The notes under the pieces are model-generated. The model did no database searches. It was not told where the DNA came from and was given only the letters and a program-made list of their open reading frames with translations. Below are positions 8,424 to 18,066 of a stretch of 38,542 nt of DNA, in pieces (position 1 is the stretch's first letter; each line of letters starts with the position of its first letter). Location: positions 1 to 38,542 of the forward strand of contig JAVZLH010000010.1 in assembly GCA_038883855.1 (NCBI GenBank), given 5' to 3'. The stretch comes from Candidatus Bathyarchaeia archaeon. Its GTDB lineage: Archaea; Thermoproteota; Bathyarchaeia; Bathyarchaeales; Bathycorpusculaceae. The translations under genes and the position numbers were made by a program.

Positions 8424-11090
8424 TTAAGACAACTCTAATGTTGCAATAAAAAGTTCATTGTCGAATGGTTGTATTCTGAAACCCTTTTTTATGCATATGT
8501 CAATCATCCTTCTGTTTTCCGAAATCACATAACCATAAACCGTTTTTAGCCCCATATCCTTGCCAACCTCAATGATATAATCGAGAAGTTTTGAGCCCAA
8601 ACCAAGCCCTTGCCATTGATCGCCCACGAGAACTGCAAACTCTCCGCGTTTTCCACCAGGCTCTAACGTTAGTAGGGCAACACCAATTATGCACTTACGT
8701 TCTTTCCGAGTCTCCGCAACTATAGCCATCTCACGGTCATAATCTATGTTACAGTAACGCATTAGGGTTTTATGAGGAAATTCTTTGAAGACTTGGAAAA
8801 ATCGGAGACGCATGGTTTCTTCAGACAAAGAGCAGTAAAGTTCACGCAATAACAGTTCATCTTCGGGTTTTATCGGGCGCAGAGTGACCGGGCTTCCATC
8901 TTTCAATGTCCATTGGGCGACGTACTTTTTAGGGTAGGGGGCTATCACGAGGTGTTCGTGGGTTCGAGTTTCACTTGGAATCTTTTCAGCCTCTATAACT
9001 ATTCTAGCGTCAACCGCCACAGCGCCTGTTTCATCGACCAGCAGCGGATTCACGTCTATTTCTTTTATCTCTGGGAAATCCATTACAAGCTGTGAAAACT
9101 TTACCAAAATCTCTTCCAGCACTTTGAAATTGAGGTGTAAGCCTCTGGACTCTGAAAGCTTGTAGATTTTAGTGCCTTCCATAAGCCTTTTTGCAAGAAT
9201 CTGGTTTAATGGAGGAAGCCCCACGCTTACATCTTGCAATATTTCTGTTGCCACGCCGCCCATGCCGAAAACTATTACGGTACCAAATTGGGGGTCTTTC
9301 TTTGAGCCGATCAGCAGTTCACATCCACTTTTTCTAATCATGGGCTGTATTATGACACCTTGAAACTCAGCTTCAGAACTATAACTTTTGACTCTTTCAG
9401 TTAACTCGTCAAAGAACATTTTAACTTCTGCCGGCGACCATACGTTGAGAATAACGCTTTCAGCCTTAAACTTGTGGGTTATCTGCGGCGAAAGCGCCTT
9501 CATAACAACTGGATACCCCAACGCAGAAGCTATAGCCTCCGCTTCTTCTGGACTTTTGGCGATCATGGTTTTCACTGTGGGAATTTTGTATGCTTCGAGA
9601 AACTGGAGAGATTCGGGTTGAGTTAAGACTTTTCGTCCCTCGCTGAAGGCTTTCCTCAAAATTTCTTTAAGAAACGTTGGAATTGTCAATTCAACAGAAA
9701 GCTCTTCAGGAGTTTCATAAAGCAACTCCAAATTTTGAGTATAGCTGTACATGTACATGAAAGTGGAAACTGCTTGTTCCGGCGTGTTGAACGCTGGGAT
9801 GCTGTTCTTTTGCAATAATCGTCTAGCCTTTCGGCATTCGCCTTCTCCTATAAATGAGGCAAGGACTGGTTTTGCGGTTTGTTTTGAAAGTTCTATTATA
9901 GCCTTTGCAGTTGCCAAAGGTCTGGCTGCTCCTTGAGGAGTGTATATAATTAAAAAGCCATCGCTGTTCTGATCTTTAAAACATATTTCCATAACTGTTC
10001 TAAACCTATCCACAGTGGCTTCTTCAAAAATGTCAATGGGGTTTGCGGCGCGGCAATAGGCTGGTAAAACATTTTTTAAAGCTTGCACGGTTTCGCTGCT
10101 TAACTGCGAGAGACGCCCGCCTCGTGCAATGAGACAGTCGGTAGCCATTATGCTTGGTCCGCCAGCATTAGTAATTATTGTAAGGTTTGGACCTTTTGGG
10201 TTTGACTGCATTGCCAGCGCTTCGGCGCAGTTGAAGAGATCATTTATTGCTTCGACGCGAACTATTCCAGCGCGTTTAAAGGCAGCATCATAAACGGCAT
10301 CTTCTCCGCACAATGAGCCAACGTGAGCAACTGCTGCTTGTGCACTTTCTGGAAATCTTCCAGCCTTCACAACCACAATAGGTTTGGCTCTGGCGAACCC
10401 TCTTGCTGCACTCATAAATTTCCGCGCGTTCTTAACAGATTCAATGTAGAGTATGATGCTTCGTGTCTGGGGGTCATTTCCAAAATAATCAATTAAGTCT
10501 CCAAGGTCCACGTCCATCATCGAACCCGTCGACACTACAGCACTAAATCCTATGTTTGCTTCCGAAGCCCAGTCAAGCACAGAGGCGCATAACGCTGCGC
10601 TTTGAGAAATGAAAGCTATTCTTCCAGGCATGACTGTTTTGTCCGCGAATGTGGCGTTTAACTTGATTTTTGGGCGCATTATTCCGAGGCTGTTAGGTCC
10701 GATGATACGCATTCCATACTTGTTTTTAAGTTCAAGGATTTGGTTTTCGAGGGCTTCCCCTTCTTTTCCAGTCTCTCTAAAACCTGCAGAAATTATAATT
10801 GCTCCAGCTACTCCGGCTTCTCCACATTCTTCTATGATTTGTGGAACTGTGTGCGCTGGGGTTGCTATAATTGCGAGGTCTACTTGCCAGGGGATTTTGG
10901 TGATGCTTGGGTAGGCGGTTATGCCTTGAACTGTGGGTCTGAAGGGGTTAACTGGGTAAATCACTCCTCCATAGCCTACGCCGACAAGATTTCTGATAAG
11001 TTTGGCGCCGACAGAACCTTCTTTGTCGCTTGCGCCTATAACTGCTATTCTTTTAGGATTGAAGATTTTGTCGAGATTTTCAGTGCCCAC
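8424..11090 (-). CDS. Acetate--CoA ligase (ADP-forming)-like alpha/beta fusion with C-terminal GNAT domain (Pat/PatZ-like)
   Basis: CoA-binding IAVIGAS, IIGPNSLG, ISQS, ITNAGG, NPID; ATP-grasp GYPVVMK..ITHK, EIDVNPL; GNAT LRPIKPED..QWQGLGLG; likely GTG start at 11090. Confidence 0.92.
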   Translation of the reverse strand: MGTENLDKIFNPKRIAVIGASDKEGSVGAKLIRNLVGVGYGGVIYPVNPFRPTVQGITAYPSITKIPWQVDLAIIATPAHTVPQIIEECGEAGVAGAIIISAGFRETGKEGEALENQILELKNKYGMRIIGPNSLGIMRPKIKLNATFADKTVMPGRIAFISQSAALCASVLDWASEANIGFSAVVSTGSMMDVDLGDLIDYFGNDPQTRSIILYIESVKNARKFMSAARGFARAKPIVVVKAGRFPESAQAAVAHVGSLCGEDAVYDAAFKRAGIVRVEAINDLFNCAEALAMQSNPKGPNLTIITNAGGPSIMATDCLIARGGRLSQLSSETVQALKNVLPAYCRAANPIDIFEEATVDRFRTVMEICFKDQNSDGFLIIYTPQGAARPLATAKAIIELSKQTAKPVLASFIGEGECRKARRLLQKNSIPAFNTPEQAVSTFMYMYSYTQNLELLYETPEELSVELTIPTFLKEILRKAFSEGRKVLTQPESLQFLEAYKIPTVKTMIAKSPEEAEAIASALGYPVVMKALSPQITHKFKAESVILNVWSPAEVKMFFDELTERVKSYSSEAEFQGVIIQPMIRKSGCELLIGSKKDPQFGTVIVFGMGGVATEILQDVSVGLPPLNQILAKRLMEGTKIYKLSESRGLHLNFKVLEEILVKFSQLVMDFPEIKEIDVNPLLVDETGAVAVDARIVIEAEKIPSETRTHEHLVIAPYPKKYVAQWTLKDGSPVTLRPIKPEDELLLRELYCSLSEETMRLRFFQVFKEFPHKTLMRYCNIDYDREMAIVAETRKERKCIIGVALLTLEPGGKRGEFAVLVGDQWQGLGLGSKLLDYIIEVGKDMGLKTVYGYVISENRRMIDICIKKGFRIQPFDNELFIATLELS

Positions 11091-11230
11091 CCTTAAGAAC
11101 CCCCTGTTCTCGCAGAATTGCCTTTCACATATTAGTATATACGATAAATATCCTTTAAAATGTTCCCTAGAACACATAACTTTAGACTGGGGATACCGTG
11201 CTTCTCTTAACGTCGCCCTTTGAGACTAGC

Positions 11231-12523
11231 CTATGGGTAAATTCTAGTTATTGTCCTTGGAAACGGTATTGTTTCGCGGATATGCTTTAGCTTACATATC
11301 CACATCACGGTCCTCTCAATTCCTAATCCAAACCCGGAGTGCGGCACCGAACCATATCGTCTCAAATCCAAATACCACTCGTAAGCCTCCTTAGGCAAGC
11401 CGAACTCTTCTATTCTCTGCTCAAGCAATTTCAAATCGTGAATTCTCTGGCTTCCACCTATGATTTCGCCATACCCTTCGGGGGCCATCAAATCTGCGCA
11501 AAGAACAACTTTCGGGTCTTCTGGGTCTGGCTGCATATAGAATGCTTTGGCTTTGGCGGGGTATCTGTGGACGAAAACGGGTTTCTCAAACTGGAGGGAG
11601 ATAAACCTCTCATGGGGAGCCCCTAAATCCTCTCCCCACTCTATTTTATGTCCAGCTTTCTGAAGCATTTCCACGGCTTCCGTGTAGCTTATTCTGTCAA
11701 AGGGAGGCTCCACCTTCTTTAAAGGTTGAACGTCTCTTTTTAGCGTCTCTAACTCTCTGCGTCTCTTCTCCAAAACTCTCCTTACAATGTAGGTTACCAT
11801 GTCCTCTTGAAGTTTCAAGTTCTCCTCGAAACCGCAGAAAGCCATCTCTGGCTCAACCATCCAAAACTCTGTCAAATGGCGTGGTGTCTTAGACTTCTCC
11901 GCGCGAAATGCGGGTCCAAAACAGTAGACTTTTCCAAAAGTTGCTATTGTAGCCTCTACATAAAGCTGTCCGCTTTGGGTTAGGAAAGCCTTGTCGCCGA
12001 AATATGGCACTTCAAAGAGGGTTGCCACTCCTTCAACAGAGGCGGGAGTGAGAATGGGCGAATCTGTTAAGGTGAAGCCGTTTTCGTCGAGGAAATCCCT
12101 GCATGCCTTCACTACTTCCGCCCTGATTTTAAGTATGGCGAACTGTCTGGGGCTTCTTATCCAAAGGTGCCTAAAACCCATCAAGAAATCGATTCCATGT
12201 TCCTTCTTGGCAAGAGGATACTCCCTTTCCGCTAAATGGGCAATTTGCAAGTCTTTAACCCTTATTTCGTAGCCTCCCGGCGCCCTCTTATCCTCTTTTA
12301 CAGTTCCTTTAATTATGATGGATGACTCCTGCGTTAGCTTGTCTGCGTCTTCAAAGACTTTTTCGGTAACTTCGTCTTTGTGAACCGTTACCTGTATAAT
12401 TCCAGTTCCATCTCTCACTATTAGAAATTGCACGCCACCGCTAGAACGTTTTGTTAAGAGCCAACCCTTTACTTCAACTTCTTTTTCAGTTAATTTTCCG
12501 TCTAAGATGTCGCTAATGCTCAT
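11231..12523 (-). CDS. asnS: Asparagine--tRNA ligase
   Basis: OB-fold [65 protein letters not shown]. Confidence 0.93.
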   Translation of the reverse strand: MSISDILDGKLTEKEVEVKGWLLTKRSSGGVQFLIVRDGTGIIQVTVHKDEVTEKVFEDADKLTQESSIIIKGTVKEDKRAPGGYEIRVKDLQIAHLAEREYPLAKKEHGIDFLMGFRHLWIRSPRQFAILKIRAEVVKACRDFLDENGFTLTDSPILTPASVEGVATLFEVPYFGDKAFLTQSGQLYVEATIATFGKVYCFGPAFRAEKSKTPRHLTEFWMVEPEMAFCGFEENLKLQEDMVTYIVRRVLEKRRRELETLKRDVQPLKKVEPPFDRISYTEAVEMLQKAGHKIEWGEDLGAPHERFISLQFEKPVFVHRYPAKAKAFYMQPDPEDPKVVLCADLMAPEGYGEIIGGSQRIHDLKLLEQRIEEFGLPKEAYEWYLDLRRYGSVPHSGFGLGIERTVMWICKLKHIRETIPFPRTITRIYP

Positions 12524-12740
12524 CAAGTAACGCCTCCGAAACTGATATAAAAAACGTACACTTGCCAAATTCGGAATAAAACTCAAGATGCATAGGCAAA
12601 GTTAAAACATTCACCCTGCATTTTAATCCCAAATACATATACAATTCACGTTTTAAATGTTTTGTTTTAGAGAGGCTGAAACGAATTTTCTCCTCAGAAT
12701 TCTTAAATCCCTCGTTGTCAAGAGTTTATGCGAAGCAATA

Positions 12741-14135
12741 ATGCGTAATAATAAACTTAAAGCTTTGGGAATTTCAACAATCGCTATAGTAAGCGTTGTA
12801 TTTGTTGAAGTCATTTTGGGCACCGCTGTGGGGAGTTTAGCAATCTTAAGTGACAGTGCGCACGCATTACTTGATGCTTTAACAATGCTTGTGCTATTTT
12901 TCACGACAAGAGCTTCTCTTAAACCGCCTGATGAGGAGCATATGTATGGCCATGAGAAGTTTGAGTCAATAGGCGGTTTAGTAGGTGGAATTTCCCTCAT
13001 TGGTATAGCCCTATTAATAATGTATGAGGCGGTCTTGAGGATTATGCAGAACGCTTCGATTAATCTGAATTTAGAGTATGCTGGTTTCATTGCAATAGGC
13101 TACACATTATGCATAGACTTCATTAGAATTAGCATTTTTAGACAGGCAATTGAAAGCGAGAGCTCTACGGTGAAGGCTGGACTTTACCATGCACTGGCGG
13201 ATTTCAGCTCCACCATGCTTGCGCTTTTAGGATTTGGCTTGGCAACAATAGGGTCTTATCCTAGTGGTGACGCGTTCGCGTCGATTGCTCTAAGTATTCT
13301 ACTGATTTACTTCAGCGTTAGACTGGTCTTGAGTAGTGGAATGGAACTCAGCGACGCAATATCCAAAGATGTTGCAGAGAAAGTTAGAAGGATAATACTT
13401 TCAACAAATGGGATTTGCCAATGCGAAAACCTAAAAGTGAGAAAGGCAGGCTCCAAAACATTCGTGGAAGCCACAGTGCAGGTTCCGGATTACGTGAGCT
13501 TTGAGGAGGCGCATATTCTAGCATCAAAGGTCGAAGAAGCGCTTAAGAAATCCTTAGGGGATGTTAGCGTCACAATTCACGTTGAACCATTAAAAAAGGG
13601 GATGCAAACAGAAAAACTTGTGGAGAAGCTTGCCACCAAAGTTGACGGCGTAATAGAGGCCAATGAAGTGAACGCGGTCTACACAAATGGGAAACTTTAC
13701 GTAACGCTACATGCACGTGTAAGCCCAAAGCTCACTGTTCAAAAAGCCCACGAAATTGCCGAAAAAATCGAAAATAAAATAAGCGAGAGATTAGAGAATG
13801 TTGGAAATGTAACAGTCCACATAGAACCCTTCAACCCTAAACTGCAAAGAGGATCAGCGGTAAACGACGAAGAAATCAGAAAAATAGTTTATAAAGTGTC
13901 TGAAAATTCTAGGCAAACGTTCAGCATAAAAAGGATAGTCACTTATATTGTGGACACAAAACGCTACATAAACATAGACTGCTGCTTTGCTGAAGGGTTT
14001 TCAGTAGAAGAGGCGCATAAAATAGCTTCAGAAATTGAAGAAAAAATACAGGAAAGATTTGCAGAAACAATGGTCACAGTTCACATGGAACCAGCAGAAA
14101 ATAGTGAATTTAGGAAAGCTCAGCTTCATTTATGA
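12741..14135 (+). CDS. Cation diffusion facilitator with three tandem C-terminal dimerisation domains
   Basis: SDSAHALLD, PPDEEHMYGHEKFE, HALAD; three repeats of AH.IA..IE...VT.H.EP. Confidence 0.92.
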   Translation: MRNNKLKALGISTIAIVSVVFVEVILGTAVGSLAILSDSAHALLDALTMLVLFFTTRASLKPPDEEHMYGHEKFESIGGLVGGISLIGIALLIMYEAVLRIMQNASINLNLEYAGFIAIGYTLCIDFIRISIFRQAIESESSTVKAGLYHALADFSSTMLALLGFGLATIGSYPSGDAFASIALSILLIYFSVRLVLSSGMELSDAISKDVAEKVRRIILSTNGICQCENLKVRKAGSKTFVEATVQVPDYVSFEEAHILASKVEEALKKSLGDVSVTIHVEPLKKGMQTEKLVEKLATKVDGVIEANEVNAVYTNGKLYVTLHARVSPKLTVQKAHEIAEKIENKISERLENVGNVTVHIEPFNPKLQRGSAVNDEEIRKIVYKVSENSRQTFSIKRIVTYIVDTKRYINIDCCFAEGFSVEEAHKIASEIEEKIQERFAETMVTVHMEPAENSEFRKAQLHL

Positions 14136-14251
14136 AGCTTAAGTCCGTCAGACCGCTCATTTTCACTTTTCTGTCTGAAATTGTGTAGAATATTTTGCAT
14201 TTAAAGCGATCTCTTAACATGATAATATGGGTTTGAACATCAATGCCGTTT

Positions 14252-15124
14252 TTATATGTAAACGCCGAAGATGAACGCTAGCAAGCCGCTCATAAACCAC
14301 AAAAGAGCAGAATTCTTAATTCTTCTGGCGTTTTCCCTAGAACAATCCCTAATAAGCATGATAGAGGATGCAGCAAGCCCTAAATCAGTTACCAAAACAA
14401 AAGGAACAAACCAGAAGGAGACAAGTTGCAAAATCAAAGGAGTAGGGCTTAACAAAACCGCCGAAATATAAAACAGCGCTGCTGCAACCGCTGCCTTTTT
14501 CTCACCATATTTTACAGCCAAAGTTTTCACACCCTGCATTTTGTCCCCTTGAACATCCACAATCCCCTTTGTTATCTCTCTTCCAGTGTTTGAGAGAAAA
14601 ACCATCAAAACAAAGATCGCTATGTGCTGTTCAAAAGTGGTTTTCACAGCGAAACTCCCGTAAATGAACGGTATGGAAACACAAGCGCTGACAAGAAAGT
14701 TTCCAGGAAGTCCGCTGCGTTTTCCGACGGTGGTGTAAGCCACAAATATGATCCATGCAATTATGGCGATTAAAAGGCAGTAAACGCTCTGAAGACTTGT
14801 CAAATACGAGTTAGCGAATGCAGTTGCGAAACCCAAAGCTGAAAGAATAAATGCAAAAACCAAAGCCTCTTTAGGTTTTATTAAGCCGCTGGGGATTGGC
14901 CGACTCGGCTCGTTTACAGCATCAATCTCCCTATCATAATAGTCGTTTATAGCCATAGAAGCCGCTGTTAACAAAAAACCCGTGAAAAACCCATAAACCA
15001 TGTTGGGCAAAAAACTGTTTGAAAGGGATTTATTTGCTAGTGCCGCTCCAACCACCACTGCGAAGCCCATCATTAGGCAATTTGCAGGACGCATTAAGCG
15101 TATGAGACCAGAAACTTTATTCAT
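14252..15124 (-). CDS. Digeranylgeranylglyceryl phosphate synthase (UbiA family)
   Basis: INDYYDREIDAVNEPSRPIPSG; REITKGIVDVQGD..GVKTLA; multiple TM helices. Confidence 0.9.
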   Translation of the reverse strand: MNKVSGLIRLMRPANCLMMGFAVVVGAALANKSLSNSFLPNMVYGFFTGFLLTAASMAINDYYDREIDAVNEPSRPIPSGLIKPKEALVFAFILSALGFATAFANSYLTSLQSVYCLLIAIIAWIIFVAYTTVGKRSGLPGNFLVSACVSIPFIYGSFAVKTTFEQHIAIFVLMVFLSNTGREITKGIVDVQGDKMQGVKTLAVKYGEKKAAVAAALFYISAVLLSPTPLILQLVSFWFVPFVLVTDLGLAASSIMLIRDCSRENARRIKNSALLWFMSGLLAFIFGVYI

Positions 15125-15249
15125 GCGGTTCAAGCCTTTGCATTACCATAAGCCGCCAATACAGTTATAAAATTCACGTTTACATTAGAAAGTTTAATAC
15201 GTGTAGTGAGGATTACATCGTTTAGCAAAGTTTGTCAAGGTGACAACTT

Positions 15250-16521
15250 TTGCGTTACAACTATGCACCAGAAAGACTAAGAGTAATAATCCCGGTAGGA
15301 GGAAAAGCCACACGTCTACTTCCTCTTACAGCGGAAACAAGCAAGGCTTGCATCCGTCTCCTAAACAGGCCATTAATAGAATTTTCACTTTTATCTCTCG
15401 CACGTCAAGGTATAAAAAACTTCATTTTCGGAGTTAAAGGTTACACAAACTATAGAGATTTGCATGACTATTTTGAGTCTGGATACGGGTTTTCAGCAAG
15501 GTATGGCATAAGCCCCCGCGTCCACATAAAATACCAGCCAAACATAGAAGACCTTGGAAGCGCGGACTCTGCAAGAATAAACATGGAATACTACAACGTT
15601 AGAGACCCAGTTTTCGCGGTGCAAGGCGACAACATTTTCGATGTTGACCTTAAAGAACTTGTTGACTTCCACAAACAGAAAGACGCATTAATGACCATAG
15701 CCCTAAGAGAAGTCAAAGATGTTGAAGGCTATGGAATAGCCGACATAGATAAAGACATGAGAATTTCAAGGTTCGTTGAAAAACCTCTTCCAAAAGATGC
15801 TCCGTCAAACCTCGCCAACACGGGCTTATATATGGTTTCTCCGGAAGTAAAAAGGGTATTCAAGGAAAAGGGAGTTAAACAAATTATAAAGGAGCGGCAT
15901 CGCCTAGATTTCGGCTATGACTTCATACCTTACGTGATAAAAACGGGAAGACCGGTATATGGCTATGTCTTGAAAGGTTGTTGGTTTGATGTAGGAACTC
16001 CGAAACGTTACTTAGAGGCAATGCAAGACATGCTTAATGGTTGCTTTGCTTCATTAACAGATTTTGGTGGAAGGATAAGTGAAGAATCGCGGATATGGGT
16101 TCAAGGTGAGAGCACCGAATCTAGAAAACGAAGAGAGGAGATAATACGGAAAATTAAGCAGGGAAAAATAGCGGTTGAAGGCTCGGTTCTCATAGGGAGA
16201 CACTGCAAAATAGGCGATGGTGTAAGAATAGTGAATTCATGCATCGACAACTACACGAAAATTGGCGATGGAGTCGTCATAGAAAACTCTGCCGTTATGG
16301 ATAGAGTCATAATCGAAAAAGGGGCGGAAATAAAAAACAGCATTATAGGAAGGCATGTAACAGTTCTTTCGAGCCAGCGGAAAAGGACGAGAATAGATTC
16401 TGTTTCGGTTGTCGCAGACGACGTGACAATAGCAGAAGGCTGTAGATTAGCGGCAACAAAGATTTACCCCCATCAGTACGTTAGAGGCGAATTTACAAAT
16501 CAGACGTTGATGCCGAGCTAA
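15250..16521 (+). CDS. NDP-sugar synthase (sugar-1-phosphate nucleotidyltransferase, mannose-1-P guanylyltransferase-like)
   Basis: GGKATRLLPLT...K, QGDN, FVEKP, NTGLY, WFDVGTP; C-terminal hexapeptide repeats. Confidence 0.88.
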   Translation: MRYNYAPERLRVIIPVGGKATRLLPLTAETSKACIRLLNRPLIEFSLLSLARQGIKNFIFGVKGYTNYRDLHDYFESGYGFSARYGISPRVHIKYQPNIEDLGSADSARINMEYYNVRDPVFAVQGDNIFDVDLKELVDFHKQKDALMTIALREVKDVEGYGIADIDKDMRISRFVEKPLPKDAPSNLANTGLYMVSPEVKRVFKEKGVKQIIKERHRLDFGYDFIPYVIKTGRPVYGYVLKGCWFDVGTPKRYLEAMQDMLNGCFASLTDFGGRISEESRIWVQGESTESRKRREEIIRKIKQGKIAVEGSVLIGRHCKIGDGVRIVNSCIDNYTKIGDGVVIENSAVMDRVIIEKGAEIKNSIIGRHVTVLSSQRKRTRIDSVSVVADDVTIAEGCRLAATKIYPHQYVRGEFTNQTLMPS

Positions 16522-16585
16522 AAATGGAATGGCGCAGAAGTTTTATTCAACAGATTTTGAGTTTTTCCGTGATTTGTGATGCTAA

Positions 16586-16705
16586 ATGAAAGGAAAATGT
16601 TCTTTTTGTGGCTTTCCTCAGAACTTATTCACGTATCTGCCAACCGACAATCCTAAGGTTTACACGCAAAGTATTGTATGCGGCAACGGTGGTGCTCACT
16701 ACTAG
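16586..16705 (+). CDS. Putative 39-aa Zn-ribbon-like microprotein
   Basis: Hand translation MKGKCSFCGFPQNLFTYLPTDNPKVYTQSIVCGNGGAHY; GTGA SD-like motif upstream; lies in otherwise empty intergenic space. Confidence 0.5.
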   Translation: MKGKCSFCGFPQNLFTYLPTDNPKVYTQSIVCGNGGAHY

Positions 16706-16761
16706 AAAACATCCCAAAATCGAAAACCCTCAAATTATCTATTTTCACTAAAATTCCTATT

Positions 16762-17319
16762 CTATGCCTTAAACCATTTGAATATCAAGTACCTTATTCT
16801 TCCATTCTCCAAGTCTGGAACAGCAATAATAAACCTTTTTCTGACGGTTGTTGCAAGCCTTCCAGCCTTAACAATTTCTGTGGCGGTTATTTCTGATTTA
16901 GCCTTCTTAACAGAAACCATATAAGGCGCGTGTTCTACTCCTGGCCCATGCTTGTAAACTGCGAAGTCGCATCCAAACTTTATTCCAGGTGTCACAACTA
17001 GTCCGCTGTCGCGCAAATCCTTGTAAACAGCGTATTTAACATCAAACTCCTCGTATAACTGTCTCGCCCTTTTAAGAAGTTTCTTTACGCCAACCTTTTT
17101 TTTCTCGCTGCCTTCGCGAACCGTTATGATGCCTTTCTCTGTTAGGTATAAGCCTTCCATCAAATCTAGAATTAGGGGAACGTTAAACTCTGGTATTTTT
17201 GGCTTTGCGATTCCTAAGGGTTTTCCGTAGAAACCCATTTTGTAGAGTTCTGAGCCGTCTTTAGGGTTCCAAACCACCAAAAAGTTTTCTATGAACTCTA
17301 CCTCGATTTTTTTGGGCAT
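16762..17319 (-). CDS. endA: tRNA-intron splicing endonuclease, catalytic subunit
   Basis: VYKDLRDSG..GIKFGCDFAVY..GPG.EHAPY..RLATTVRK with Tyr/His/Lys triad. Confidence 0.95.
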   Translation of the reverse strand: MPKKIEVEFIENFLVVWNPKDGSELYKMGFYGKPLGIAKPKIPEFNVPLILDLMEGLYLTEKGIITVREGSEKKKVGVKKLLKRARQLYEEFDVKYAVYKDLRDSGLVVTPGIKFGCDFAVYKHGPGVEHAPYMVSVKKAKSEITATEIVKAGRLATTVRKRFIIAVPDLENGRIRYLIFKWFKA

Positions 17320-17331
17320 TGTCCTTTTCGC

Positions 17332-17991
17332 CTACATAATGAAAGATAAAACTCTTGCAGCATCCGCGGCGTCTTCAGCTTTGTCTGCAGAATCTTCTAA
17401 AAGTTGGAGGACATCCCTTAAGAGGATTAGGGCTGGAAAGTCCAGTTTGCTACTTAAAAGTTTTATTTCAAGTTCGCGGTATAGTTCGTCAACATTTTTT
17501 TCTGCAATTTCCACTTCCTTAGCCTTTTCCATGGTTTTAACTGAACCGTAACTCAAAACCATCATTGTTTCCCTAAGCTTAAGGACGGTTTCCAAAACCG
17601 CCTCCGAAAGTTTCAACAAATCTTTCTTAATCTCCATTGGAACGTTCCAACCATGTTCCATGATCTCAACTATACGAAAGGCCATTCCCTCAGAGAAATC
17701 CGCAATTTCGCTTGTTAGGTTTGTGAATCTTAAAAAGTCTTCTCTACTCAGCAGAATTGCCCCTATTTCAGCTAGCTCCTGCGAAACAAGACGTCTTGCA
17801 TTGTCAACTTCCTCTTCGCAACTTCTAATCTCGTTAAAAAATTGTTTGGTTTTTTCTTTATCGTTATTTATGAAGTAATCTATCATTTGAGGAACTTTCC
17901 TAGTTAATTCTAAAACTTTCCTGAGGTGGTCTTGGCAGATGCTTAATGCTCTTCGTTTGACACGTTGCTCGGTCTCCACCGGAAGTACCAA
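17332..17991 (-). CDS. DUF47 / PhoU-like phosphate transport regulator
   Basis: All-helical duplicated pattern EEEVD..RR / EKNVDELYR, REDFLR, LEDSADKAEDAAD. Confidence 0.8.
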   Translation of the reverse strand: MVLPVETEQRVKRRALSICQDHLRKVLELTRKVPQMIDYFINNDKEKTKQFFNEIRSCEEEVDNARRLVSQELAEIGAILLSREDFLRFTNLTSEIADFSEGMAFRIVEIMEHGWNVPMEIKKDLLKLSEAVLETVLKLRETMMVLSYGSVKTMEKAKEVEIAEKNVDELYRELEIKLLSSKLDFPALILLRDVLQLLEDSADKAEDAADAARVLSFIM

Positions 17992-18066
17992 GATTCTCCC
18001 GCCTCGTAAACTGCGAAATTTTTCTACATTTAAGTATAATTGAAGTATTAAAAAAGTTAGCGAAAG

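Noticed and set aside
11091-11177. N-terminal extension of the Pat-like ORF
   Set aside because: Family similarity begins near NLDKIFNPK; the GTG at 11090 has a G-rich SD and an upstream TATA-like tract
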